In this document: piece by piece, positions 39,126-52,194 of the stretch
How positions within the stretch are numbered: position 1 is the stretch's first letter
How the letters are laid out: each line of letters begins with the position of its first letter
NCBI RefSeq assembly: GCF_009914755.1
Contig: NC_060933.1
Strand: one strand, 5' to 3'
DNA from: the human T2T-CHM13v2.0 reference genome, Homo sapiens
Length of the DNA stretch: 64,000 bases
Program-made: the position numbers and the translations under genes
The notes under the pieces: model-generated
Told to the model about the DNA's origin: nothing
What the model saw: only the letters and a program-made list of their open reading frames with translations
The model's database searches: none

Positions 39126-41356
39126 AAGTCAGCAGATTGGCAATTTAAAAAATAGATTAAATGAAGCTATGTATGTAAAATTATTGGTAAGTACTCATCA
39201 AATAAGTGTTTAATACATGTTCCTGGGGAAATGAGGCTCACAGTAATGTAGTGCAATTACTGTCTCACAGTAGGTGCTCAGTAAATGTTAGACTCCTCTA
39301 CCTTGCCGTGTCACAAATTGTAGATTGACTTTAATTTCTGAAAGCCTCTACTATCTTCTTTACTTTTCACATTGAGTAAATGCATTCTTATGGGAGTTGT
39401 TTTATTGCCTTTCTGGTTTTAATGTTCAAATTCTGTCTTTGTTTTCCCAAGCCCACCTGTGTTTCTTTCTATAGGTAATGAATCTCCCTTCATGTCTTAG
39501 AGTTCTTTTTTTGTTGTTGTTCCTTCTTTAAAATTGTAGGGTTTTTTTGCCTGAGAACTTCAAAAAACGAATATAAAAATGCAACGTTTTTTGACCTTTG
39601 TCACAATTTAAATTAAAAACCAAACTAGTGATGTTAAATCCAAAAAGAATTTGGATTAGTCAGCTCCATTTCTTTTATTTGGTGGCAAGAGGGGGCAGCT
39701 ACATTTTTTGTAGCATTGGTTTTATTTCCCTTTGTTGCAAAGAAATCTAAGCTCAGTTACAGCACTACCTGTGGCTGCCAAGTATGACATATGAAACTGA
39801 ACACTACCTCATGTAGTTTCCAGACTTAAAATTCCCTAGGTTAATTAATTTTCTTCATCCTATTGTTATTCATTTCCTTTTTCTTATCATTGCCTCTACC
39901 AAGAAGTCTAACCAGAATTTTGTATTACAAATAGCAATGGGCAAATTGAGAAGATCCAAACATACAAACCTCAAGTTATCTTAGTCATCTCTATTAACCA
40001 AGAATTGGAAATTTGGGAAGTCAATAAGTAACATTTCTTTTTTCCACCCTCTCCAAAACAAACTTTTCTGCAGAGGAGGTTTTGAGTTGTCCAGCTTGCT
40101 CTATAACTGGCTAAATTTATTTTTCAGGATGTGATAGGTTATATTGGGCAACAATGACAACAATTCAGTGGGCTAAAGAAAAAGTTTAATTTCTGCTGAT
40201 ATTGCATATCCAACAAGGACTGGAAGAGGGAATCTTCACTTTGGACCCTAAAAGGTCCAGCCTGATTTTGAAATTTGAAGACAAATTGATAGGTGGAAAC
40301 ATGATTCAAGAGAAGGTGAACACACCATTGTTACTACAGACAGAAGATGGATTGAGGTATTGGCTTTCATGTGTATGCACAGTGGTCTTCTTCACGTGTA
40401 ACCCTGCCTTATCTCAGCTAATGAGATAACCTTTCAGCCAATGGCAAATAACGTTACATCTACAGAGTGTTGACTCAAAATGTTGTATAGTTTTTATAAA
40501 GATAAGCCTAGCAGTAACAGCTATAACTTACTAAGGATAAAATTCTAGACACTGTGGAGCAATTTACATGTAACTTCTCATTTAGTTCTTAACATGTAGA
40601 TGCCATATTCTCCCCATTTTTCAGAAAAGAGAAACTCCTCAAAAGAGGAGCCACTAGTTTAATATTAGAGATTTAGTAACTTGTACAGTGTGGTAGCAAA
40701 TAAATTCATACATTATTAATAAGAAAACATTAAAATAATACTAATGGTTTAGATATGTGTAGTCATTTAAAATTTATGAGGTTATTGTGTTTGCATGCAC
40801 CAATCCAAATGGGATTCTGTGTAATTCTGGAAGGTTAACAGGGCAGGGAACACTGTTTTTATTTCACAAAACAGAAAGTCATAACTCATAGTAATATAAT
40901 ACTGTGCAATTGACAAAGCATGTTTTTATATGTCACCTCACTTAATCCTCACAACATGAGGCGAAAGAGGAGAGGATAAGGAATGGTAGAAATGAAGAGG
41001 AGTGGGGGGAGTCGTAACACTTCTCACTTGAGATATCTCACATCCCTTGAGTGAGTGCAGGTGAATTACCTCCATGTCAGAAGAATTCCTCTGGAATCAT
41101 GTGTCTATGATGGAACTCTCACTTGACTAACTCATGATCTTTCTCTTTATTCTTTCAGGGAAGAGTGGCTTATTTAATTGGTGAATTTTAGAGAAGAAAT
41201 TGAGAATGTCTGCTACTTTTCATCCCTCCTGAAACTACTACTATTTTTAGAGGTGCCTAACATGTTGACCTGCTCTTTGGTAGGTGGTAAACTTGCCTTG
41301 CAAACTCTTCTGCAAGAAAGGCTTGGGATCTTTCAGTTTAGTTTATAACTGACTAG

Positions 41357-41739
41357 ATTTATTAGTCCAGATTGGCTAGGTTATGCTGGGTAACAAACAA
41401 CACCAACATTCTAGTAGATTTTAAATAAAGGTTTAACTTCTGCTTCTGCTTATACTGCTTGTCCAACAAGTGTGAGTAGAGACACAGCCTGATGGAGACT
41501 TAATCTTAACATTCTCAACTATGATTACCAAAGCAGAAAAATAAAACACATTAAATCACATGCTGGCTTATGAAAGCCTCCATCTTTAAGTGACATGTGC
41601 ACTCTCGTTCATAGTTCATTGGCCAAAGAAAGTCACCTGGCATGCCTAATTTCAAAGTGGTAAAAAAATGCAATTCTTCCATGTGCCTAGATGAATGAAC
41701 TACAGCACATATGTGGTGAATAGCATGGTGAGTGTCACA
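41357..41739 (-). mobile_element. MLT1K/L-like LTR
   Basis: ttagtccagattggctaggttatgctgggtaacaaacaac...cattggccaaagaaagtcacctggcatgcctaatttcaaag. Confidence 0.75.
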
Positions 41740-41744
41740 GTGAA

Positions 41745-41875
41745 TCAGTGTAAAATATACAACTCAGTGGTTTTTAGCATATTTGCAGAGCTGTGCCACC
41801 ATAATCACAGTCAATTTTAGAATATTTTTATCACCCCCAAAAGAAACCCATACCCATTAATTGTCATTCTCTACA
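41745..41875 (-). mobile_element. L1MB 3'UTR fragment
   Basis: cagtggtttttagcatatttgcagagctgtgc...tcacccccaaaagaaaccc. Confidence 0.75.
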
Positions 41876-43392
41876 CTTTTGATTTAATGAAAACTAATCA
41901 GATAAAAAAAGAAAACATTATTTTATTTATAAAACACATTTGATTTTACAAACAATAACATATGCATTAGGAAAGAGGAAACATTTAGTTCCTTTGAGCT
42001 ATAGAAACGACTTCTAGGTCTTCAAGAAAGAGTTGGGCATGAGGGGATATGTTCTCCTTTGTGCCTGATTTTCCCATGGATTAGAGGTTTGCTGACATTG
42101 TGTCTTTTGGCTCTTCCAAGAGCTACTGCTTTCTCCTAAAACAGAATTTTGTATTCAAGTCTTGCTTCTAATCTTCCATGTTCTTATTTTTTTTCTCTTC
42201 ATCACATTGCAATATTAAAGAATTAGCATGACAGTTTAAATGCATTTACACAATACCTAATGGTAAAATGAATGTTATTATCATTGTCCTATATATGTGC
42301 AATTACCTGTATTTATACAAAGTTTCATCACAAAAGTTGGCTTATTTTAACTTCATAGTAAGTTGTAAGATACCTATAATTATCTAAATTTTACAAATGA
42401 GAAAATAACACTCAGTGCTAGAGGTAGAACCTAAACTCAGATCTACTAATTCCATGCCCGGGGATCTTCCCTGTAATGATTTTAGAATATCACTTCTTAT
42501 GGAATTACAAAAGAAACAGGCAAGACTTTTATAATCAGTAGTTTCCATCTGTATCCCAAAGATAAATTGACTCAACATATTCAATACTTATTTATTAGTT
42601 CCAAAGTGATTGACAGCTGGGGCTCACAGATCCTTTGGCTCTGAAATATGGAGGGAAAACCTGAGTAGAGAAAAAAAATGTGATCAAAGCAGAACCAGGG
42701 ATCACCACAAACTTCAGATCGAGGCACATAAATGAGATATCAGTGAGAATGTCAAGGCAGTTGGGTCGGGCACTAGGAAAGCATAGATGCAAAAGAGAAA
42801 ATGGAGTTAAGGAATCACAATATGTCAGAAATATGGTCAGAATTAAATCCATTTTCCTGAAACCATAGAATAGAACAAGGCAGAAAAGGTGAGGCATAAG
42901 ACACCAAGGAGAAAACAATTCTGAGACAAACTCCAGAAGCACGGTATCAGTTGGGCAATTAGCTTGGGTCTCTAGTTATATACATTTTTTCTTAAAAAAA
43001 AAGAAAACATAGCTTTGACACATATTAGCTACTTAGCTTTGGGCAATTTTCTAACTTCTCTGAGTCTCAGTTTCTTTGTTGTTAAAATGGAGATGATAAT
43101 ATTTATCTCAAGTTGTATTGTGTTCCATGACCACATCAGTTACATATCCTAACTATGTGAGTCCGTAACACCCTACAATTCACATTAATAAGAGCCATTA
43201 CTTTTACCCACCTCCAAAATGCATGATAGCAACAACTGTGTCTTACTGATTATTGCTGCATTCACAATGTTTCCTGGCAAACAGAAGTCATTCAGGACAT
43301 TTTTATAGAATGGTCTTGATTAAAATTACATGGATGACGTACACGGCATATAGTAGGAAGTTCACAGATGTTAGATTTATTTTGCTCTGGAG

Positions 43393-43616
43393 CAGAGTTG
43401 AACAAACATTTTCTGAAAAGGGCTAGATAGCAAATATTTTAGACTTTGCAGTCTATACAGTCTCTATTGAAACTATTCCACTCTGCTGTTGCAGTGTGTA
43501 AGCAGCCATAGACAATATATTAATTAATGAGCATGGCTATATTACAATAAAACCTAATTCATGACAAGATAAAGAGGGCCAAATTTAGCCCTACAGTCAT
43601 ACTTTATCAATCCCTG
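43393..43616 (+). mobile_element. MER58A (hAT-Charlie) MITE
   Basis: aaagggctagatagcaaatattttag...aagcagccatagacaata. 8-bp TSD ctctggag / ctctagag. Confidence 0.88.
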
Positions 43617-44863
43617 CTCTAGAGCATACATTTACATATTACCTGCTATAGCAAAGGCTACATTTAAAGCTTCTGATCCAGTGGCTTGGATGTGCTGCTA
43701 GGAAAATGGTTTAATGTGGATAAAAAGAGTGAGCAGTAAACTATGACTCAATCTAACAGTTAACTATTTCTCTCTCTGCGCCCTCTCTGTACTCCTGTTC
43801 CTCTGTATGATGTGCTTCACACTCTTAATTTCACAGCAAAACGTGTTTGTTTTTTTTTTTTTTCATAAATAGCACCAAGGAAGACCTCCACCCAATTCAG
43901 TCTGAACTATTCTGAATAAATAAAATACATATGGATTTATAAACTTTAACTTCATAATTCTAACAAGCATGAAAATATATTCCTTTTATTATTTTTATTG
44001 AAAGTAAATGAAGGTTGGGCTATACATCCTCAAATTCCTTCCCATATCATCTTTGACACAAATGTCTTTTGTACTGATTGCAAGTAAAACATTTCCATTT
44101 TATCATACTAATTATCTCATTATGCTTTTTTTCCTCTTTCAGTCTTCTGAATCTAATTGGAAACCATCTTGGAACACACATGTTGTATAAAATGAGATAC
44201 CACTATCTGCATCTTGTGCCTTTTGTAACAATATAATAAAATTGTCATATATTGATTGCCGGAATCAATACCAGGACATTTACATACATTTTCTGATTTA
44301 ACTTTTGTAATATGGGCAGTCATTTTGATTCTATCGGTCAGGAAGTGGTGACTCAAGAAAGGAAGTAATTTGCCTAAAATTACAGGACTGGACCCAGACT
44401 TTCAGATCCCAACATCTTTATACTTAAAAAAAAATTCATCTATACTCTGTGTGTTCTATTTTAGTGTATGTTATTAGAAAATAACAGTAATTCTCTCTCT
44501 CTCTCTCTCTGCCTCTGTGTGTGTGTGTGACACAGAGGAACTAAATAGAATGATAGGAATGCAGCATCTGGCCACATCTCAGGGATGTTAAATGAGAATC
44601 TACATTTTAACAAAATGTCTAGTTAATCCCTATTTATATTAAAATGAGAAACACTGAGTTAGATAAGATTACCCTTATGTTACAGATCAAAATCCTCAGA
44701 AACAAAAAGTTTTCCAGCTCAGATTGTGAAGATCTTCTCAAGTTTTGTCAAGCAATTGGGACAGTAAGTATAGCAAAGGTAGAGGCGGGTATTAATGATT
44801 ACTAACTGTCTGCTTCATTGAGCTCATTGCAACAGTAGATGGAGAATACTGGAGAAGAGAATA

Positions 44864-45172
44864 TAATCAGCCCCCCATACCCATGGGTTCCACATTCGTG
44901 GATTCAATCAACTTTGGATCAAAAATTTAAAAAAAAACATGACAATAAAAAACAACACAAATCTTAAAAACAATAAAGCTTAACAATTATTTACATAGCA
45001 TTTATATTAGGTATTGTAAGTAATCTGGATATAATTTAAATGTACAAGATGATGTGCATGGGTCATATGCAAATACTATGTCATTTTATATAAGGGACCT
45101 GAGCATCCCCAGATTTTGGTATCCTGGAGTGGGTCTTAGAACTTATCCCCTGTAGCTACCAAGGGACAACTG
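44864..45172 (-). mobile_element. MER2-family (TcMar-Tigger) element
   Basis: catgggttccacattcgtggattcaa...tatgcaaatactatgtcattttatataagggac...aagggacaactg followed by TA. Confidence 0.87.
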
Positions 45173-46861
45173 TATCTGATAAGGCTTTCTTATCAGAAGC
45201 CTAACCTAGAACAATGGGAAAACTAAGAACTGGAGTCTACATTTTTTTTTCTCCCTAGAGAAAATCAATTAGTTCCTTCCAGAGAGGGTCTCTGATACCA
45301 GGAAAGTGCTGTTACATGTGGATGCAGGCATTCTGTTTTTCAAGATAACCGTTATTTGATATACCAGATGTTAGTCTGGCTAAAAATAGTAAAAACAGAA
45401 AGAACCTCTTCACCTGAGAAACGTTCTTACACATTCTCAAAGAATCCTCCTTTGAAGAATATTTTTCTACCACATGATAATAATATAGGTGGAATAAATC
45501 GTCTAAAGGAGCAAATCCATTTCCAAAATCTCCTCCCTTTCATTTGACTTTGATATTCCATTGATTCTTTTTTAAATCCTTTCTTGTCTTCTTCTTTTCC
45601 ATCCTTCCCTACTCTCACTGCTTCTGGCTCTACAGGAAATATTACACAATCCCTACTTTGCCTGTGCTACCCACCCAAACAACAATGTCATTTCCTTATA
45701 ATAATACTACTTGAAAGTTTAAAAGGTGAAATAGTAAAAGACTTATGAGCAGTTAAAAATTGGTACCTAGTATCTGTGCAGTAATGTTCATGTATATTCT
45801 TTAGAAAATATCCTCAGACCCTATTTATTTTCACTTTACTTTTAAGTAAATGGAACATATCTGTGTTACTTGTTTTTTATCGTTATAGAAGATAGGCAGA
45901 ATCAGCACTATTTAAGATAAGTTTTAGGCAAATACACAATGAAAACAATAAGAGGGACTGCTCCAGGTATGCAACTAATGGGTGAAAGTAAGAATGATAC
46001 AAAACAAATACAAAACAAATAGAACTAAGGAATAATAGTAGAAGTTACAGCATTCTGAGCCTTCTAGAAAGAGGTTGAAATGATTCAGCATGCACATGAA
46101 TGTTTGTAATGATGATTCCATTTCATAAAATAATACTTCAATTACATGTAACATGATGCAATTACTAAAAAATAGAAAATTAGTAAAGTAACTCACAGAA
46201 GCTTCTATCTAAAATTGTTAAATTAAAATTTAAAAACCATTTTTGGTCTGTAGGGAGTTATATTTGAGTTATCTGGAGAAAAATGAACTTATGAAGGATA
46301 GCATCTTCTTGTCCTCAGACATGTTGAATAAAACAAAGATTATCATCTCTTTTCTTGAGTATTCTAAAATATTCAAAGTCTTTCTAAAACATGTGTCTTA
46401 ATTGATCTCCCGAGAAACTATTTGTGATTGATGGAGAAGGTAGCAGAATATCAATTTTATAAATGAAGAAATTGAGGATAAGAAGGTAAATTGATCAATG
46501 CAAAAGCACTAAACATAGGAGCTATTATTACATAATATTTTGCTCCAACTATTACCATATCAACAATATACTTTCACTTTTTCTTTTTGTTTTTTTCCAA
46601 TAAATCTCTCAAAAATAAGTAAACTTCTGAAAATGAGGCTGGATGACAGTAATTTAATGATTATTATAATGCTATATGCAGACATCAATTGTAATGAAGT
46701 AATTTTTTAATTCATTGTCAGTGTTTCTGTAGTTAGCAAAGATTTAGGGAAAAATAACTGTTCATTAAATATTTATATATAACCAACCGTGCATATAAGG
46801 TGTAAAGATACATGAACGAGGAAGATAAAACTTCTGGCCTCTAGGAGCTCACAACTGACAC

Positions 46862-47100
46862 CAGTGGTTCTCAACAAGGGGTTATTTTGCTCCCCCCAAC
46901 CTCCACCAGAGGACATTTGTCAATATCTGGAGATATTTGTTATTGTCATACTGGGATGGTGAGCTGGTGTTGGAGTTATTGGCATCTAGAAAGTACAGAC
47001 CAGGGATGTTGTTAAACATTATAGAATGCAAAGAATAGCTCCCTTCAATAAAAAATGTTCAGGTCCAAAATGTCAACAGTACCAAAATTGTAAAATCTTG
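46862..47100 (+). mobile_element. MER20 (hAT-Charlie)
   Basis: cagtggttctcaac...ggacatttgtcaatatctggagat...ggcatctag...ccaaaatgtcaacagt. Confidence 0.87.
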
Positions 47101-47386
47101 GCTTACTTCAAGAGGGCAAATAATTACAAAACAAGTGCATGGATCAAGACAAATCCCTATTAGAACCCAAAGGAGCAACAAACTCTGGCTGGGCAGGAAA
47201 GAAGAAGTTTCATGGGGACAGTGTCCATGGGCTGTGTCTGAAAGAACAGATTCAAATAAAGTCATCAAAGAAAAATGTACATTAAAAAGCTGGGATCTAA
47301 AATAGGGACAGCATTTCTTGAAAGTTCTTTCCAGGGAATACCAAGGTATATAGGGGCATAGGATTATAAAGGTATTAAACACACAT

Positions 47387-47397
47387 GCGCGCGCGCG

Positions 47398-47434
<37 letters not shown>
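47387..47434. repeat. (GC)10-(AC)14 alternating purine-pyrimidine tract
   Basis: Directly visible. Confidence 0.95.
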
Positions 47435-47436
<2 letters not shown>

Positions 47437-47838
47437 TTAACCCGTTTTACATTGTTATAGAAGAACACCTGAGGCTGGATAATTTATAAATAAAAGAGGT
47501 TTATTTGGCTCACAATTCTGCCGTCTGTACAAGAAGCACAGCACCAGCATCTGCTTCTGGTGAGGCCCTCAGGAAGCTTTTGCTCATGGCAGAAGATGAA
47601 GGGGGAGCAGGCGTGTCACGCTGGCAAGAGAGAGAGCAAGAGAGATGCCAGATTTCTTTAAACCACCAGCTCTCATGTGAACTAATAAAGAACTCACTCT
47701 TTACCTTGGGGATGGCACCAAGCCATTCATAAGGAATCTGCCTCCATGACCCAAACACCTTCCACCAGACCCTACCTCCAACAATGGGAATCAGATTTCA
47801 ACATTAGATTTAGAGGAGACACATATACAAACTTTCTC
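47435..47838 (-). mobile_element. MSTA/B-like MaLR solo LTR
   Basis: aatttataaataaaagaggtttatttggctcacaattctg...ccagcatctgcttctggtgaggccctcaggaagctt...catgacccaaacacct. Confidence 0.88.
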
Positions 47839-49346
47839 TCACAGACACACACACATGTGTGCAGTTATGCATACACACAGATTCCTGAGGTCAGACTTTG
47901 AGCAAAGCAAACTTACCAAAATTAAACAAGATTCTTCACTACATGACTTATTATAACTTTAAGATGTAATTTTCCAAGAGGAGAATATAGTATTCAGCGT
48001 TTTAAAAATATATTTAACCAGATATATATTGTTTTAGAAATGCATCTCTTGTGATTAGTGTTACATGGATCACAGCTTTGAAAAATGACATTTTAGACAG
48101 TAGGAGATCATTTAAGGACGTTAAACAGAGGAAGTGGTCTGAGCATATGTCCGATTTTAGAGGGTAAGTAGTAACTGTGCAGAAATGGGCTGGGGACACA
48201 CCTGCAGTGGGAAAGACAAATGAGTCATGAGGGACCGGTTAGAAGGTTATCACAATAGTTAATGTTAAAATTAATGGAGTCACGTATTAGGGCTATGGTT
48301 AGAAGACGGTTGTGAACTAGACGTGAGGGCTGTCATGTTTAGATGAGAGTAACACCCTTTATGCCTCATCGCTTGCCCTTATTTTCTCCTTTAATTTATT
48401 TTGTCCATGGAAGAATGTCCATCCATTAGCAGAATCACAGCATAAAAGGCATACTGTATACGTATGCACTAGGCTTGGGATTTCAACCTACTATAGACCT
48501 GCAACTAAGACTCTCTCAGGCACAATTCTCATTCACTAAGTACTGGAGTGAAGCCATTATCCCTAAGTAAGGCAGGCTGTCTTTATAAACTGCAGCCTTG
48601 CATGTTTGCACAACACACAATCTTCAGCTTCTGAGGCCCTCTGAATGGTGGAAAGTTGGGCAGCTCATGCATCACTGAGCTCCTTGCTATATGAAGAGCT
48701 CCAAAGTTACTGAATAGTCCACACTGCACCATAAATTACAGGGTAGTTATTTCTTAGTTATTTAGCAGTTACAGTGCAATTAGTTCCACTTAATGTCAAC
48801 TTTTGCCAATACATCTTCCATTAGCCTGAAAATTATAGCTTGGTTCTATAACAGCCGTAATATGCAAGCGGTTTCCAGACTCCAGCTTGCATCTGGGAGG
48901 GGAAGGCAGAGAGAAAATTGCTTCGAAAAGCAAGTTGATTTGAATGTGCATGTCTGATCCTCATCCCAATTCAGAAGCCATCCACTGACAACCTGGCAGC
49001 CCGCTTCTGTATCAGTGACTGAAGGAGAAGTTTGGAGGAATACAATGCCCACAGCTGGAGAGTATGGTATAGCTGATGAAAGATAGGAATAAACTTGTCA
49101 GTGCTGAAATCCTGAGGTCTGACAAGGTTAACTCCAAGCTGTGAGTATATAGAAGACTTGGATTAGTTCAGCTTTGGTACTTAGTTCAGAGTTTACCAAC
49201 ATACCGTTTCATTTTTTAGCTCACTTTCCCACTGAATGTACAAAGGGATTACACAAACCAGACTTACTTTGCTTTTATCCAAAATTTACATAGCCCATGT
49301 ATCTTATACTTTGCAGAGTAAGATTTTAAAGAAACATGGCTTAGCA

Positions 49347-49379
49347 CCTCTCTCTCTCTCTCTCTACACACACACATAA

Positions 49380-49406
<27 letters not shown>
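49347..49406. repeat. (CT)n-(CA)n microsatellite
   Basis: Directly visible. Confidence 0.92.
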
Positions 49407-49411
<5 letters not shown>

Positions 49412-51084
49412 GAGTAAGGTTTTATATAACAGGCTTTTTTTTTAACCTCTACTGGCTTAATCCTTCAAAAGGTGCTTGGGTCATTTATTAAGGACTCAAA
49501 CATAGCATATATTTACTGGGCACTTGCTATGTGCCAGCCATGATGCTAATAATGTTGTTTGAGTTATCTTATTTCATAAGGTTGGTATCACACTGTAATT
49601 TCCCTTTTTAATAAACAAGGACTCTTAAGTACTGAAGAAGTTAAATAACTTCCTCATGCAGTAGTATTTGATTTCAGATCTTCTGAAATCCAAAATCCGT
49701 ACTATTTGTTAAGATATATTCTTTAATTTTAATTGAATAACCTCTCAATATGAACCAGAGAGTGGAAAAACTAAGTAATCCTAGTATAGAACTGGAAGGG
49801 TCAGGAGGTTACCAAATAATGTGTTTATTTGCACATGTGTGTATGCATTCAGTGTAATTTAAACTGATTCTAAAAGTGTTTGCCAAAAGGACATCTGTTT
49901 TGAATGATGACAGCTTTGTTATAAGCACATGTGGCTTCCCATATAGGAGGTCAGCAAGAGCTGACATTTCTCTGTTGTGCTTTCCTTTGCTTGCATGTTT
50001 CTTGAGACCCTGATGCCGTCTTGCTTTGATTTATAATTCATTGTTTATATTTGCTGCCTCCCACTTATCTCCAAGGTTAGAGGCTGGATCTTCCTCATCT
50101 CCATACACCCTTGCCCACCATAACACATGACCTGGTAGAGCAGCACATACAGTAACAAAGGATCTGGACTGTGCATGACCATAATGCACATTTAATGACA
50201 TTTCTAAGCCTTGGTTTCTTTATTGGAAAAAATAGGTACAATAACACTAACCTACTTTATAGGAGTTTTGTTAAGGCTAAATAAATATATCATGTAAAGA
50301 CTTTGACTAGTATCTGTAACAGAGTATATTCACAATGAGTGGCTAAAATTATCATTCATAAGATGATCATTTTGATAGTAGTAATAATAGCCTGTTTCGA
50401 TGAAAGAAGAAGAACAAAGGGAATTTTTAAAATATTCAGTTGTCCAAAGAATCAGGATTAAACACAACAAAGAATAAACCAGCCTCTAGTGCATTATGCA
50501 CTCTCGTCCTGTCTTTTCCTTTATCTAAAGGAAGGTAAAATGCATACCTCAATTGTTTATATACAAGAGCACATGACTTATCAATCAATGCAACCCAATG
50601 TGTGTATAGCTCTAATGTCTATCTCTACAAGCATCCAGACGAGTGGTGAATGACTTCCTCAGATTCAATCAGCAGATTTGCAGTAGAGTATAAAAATTTT
50701 CCTCCTTGGTCTCTACCTTAGCTCTTGTTACTAATAATACCACAACTGTGGTGGTCACATTACATCCATTATCTCAGTAGCTCCAAAGACAACCCATAAG
50801 ATCAATAAAACTTTTATTATTTCCCCTTATTCATCTTCATATCCTGAGCTATCCGACTCAGTGGCTTATTGGTAATGACTTTTTGGCAGTTATTGAATAT
50901 TTGTGGAATAAATGGAAGTTAACTATAAAGTAAGTTTTGTGTTTAAGTGACAGACAACATTTAATCAAGCAGTCAACCAATACTCATGAGAGTCTTACCC
51001 TGGAGAGAAAAGTTATTACTGGATAAACCCTGTACTTTTGCAGCACTTTCAAACATTGTATTAAAATTAAATATGACAACAAGC

Positions 51085-51345
51085 GTTCTGATTAAACTTA
51101 TATGTGGTATTTAAAGTAGTTCAATTTGTAGAAACAGAAAGTGGGATAGGTCATTGGAGGTTGAGGAAAAGGACAGTTGCTATTTAAAGGGTATAGAGTT
51201 TCGGTTTCACAAGATTAAAAAAGTTCTGGAGAGCTATTTCGTAGCAGTGTGAATACACTTAACACTAGAGAACTGTACACTTAAAATGCTTAAGATGGTA
51301 AATGTTATAAAACGTGTTTTGTTAACCACAGTAAAGAAAAAAATA
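51085..51345 (+). mobile_element. L1MB 3' end
   Basis: agaaacagaaagt...gggtatagagtttcggttt...aactgtacacttaaaatgcttaagatggtaaat...accaca. Confidence 0.8.
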
Positions 51346-51558
51346 AGCATGACCTTTTCAAAAACTTAGAGCACAAGGTTAAATATAAAAGTTTACAAAT
51401 ACATTGATCCTCCACCATTGTTTCTGTCTCCTAAATCCATAGATTTCCTCCACAGAGACAATAGCTGTTAATGATTTCTGTGTTTCCTCTCAGAGAGTCT
51501 AAAACATGTATGTGTGTGTGTGTGTGTGTATTTGTTTCTTGTCTTTTTACATTGAAGA

Positions 51559-52194
51559 TGTATCAGGATTCAATCAGAGGAGAACCAGTATGAGACACAC
51601 ATACACTTTTATGCACACATACACTAATACATGCATACACACAGACATGCATATGCAGAGATTTATTAGGCAAAACTAGTTTATCCAATTGTGGGGGCTC
51701 ACTAAACAAGTCAGAAGTCTGTAGGACAGGTAGGAAGGGAAGATCACATGCAAACTGGAATTTCACAAACACAAGATGAAACCCATTGTGCACAGGCAGT
51801 GGTCAGGAAGGAAGATCAAGAAAGAACAACTATAGACCCAGCTGTTTGGAGTATCTGCCTCAGGAAGTTCATGAGACTCTTTCTAAAGGCCTTCCAGGTG
51901 ACTGAATCAGGGCCACACTGGGTAATCTTCCTTTTAGTTAACTAAAAGTCAGCTGCTTAGGGACTAAAATCACACCTGTGAAATCGCTTCACAGTAGCAT
52001 CTACATTAGTGTTTGATTGAATAGTTGGAAGAAAGTGTGGGTATGCTACAAAAAGTGGCCACAGCTTTCTTTATATTTCCCGACTCTCCTGATAGAATAT
52101 TCCTTACAGTTGTCCCTAATAAGAAATGTATTATGAAGTACATCCTGGGACCATGGCTTAGCCTAGCCAAGTTGCTACATCAAAAAGCATCCCA
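51559..52194 (-). mobile_element. MLT2 (ERVL) LTR inserted into an old antisense L1ME fragment (~51360-52540)
   Basis: aaggccttccaggtgactgaatcagggccacac...attagtgtttgattgaata...gcctagccaagttgctacat. Confidence 0.75.

Noticed and set aside
39801-39810. ctacctca, a let-7 seed match
   Set aside because: A single 8-mer with no evidence that it lies in a 3'UTR. It is expected by chance at this window size.
44106-44142. Strong + strand acceptor (tactaat...ttcctctttcag)
   Set aside because: No convincing donor at exon distance. Isolated acceptors are common in AT-rich DNA.
47059-47430. 123-aa ORF starting CVCVCARARA
   Set aside because: It starts in a dinucleotide repeat, runs into MER20, and has no recognisable domain.
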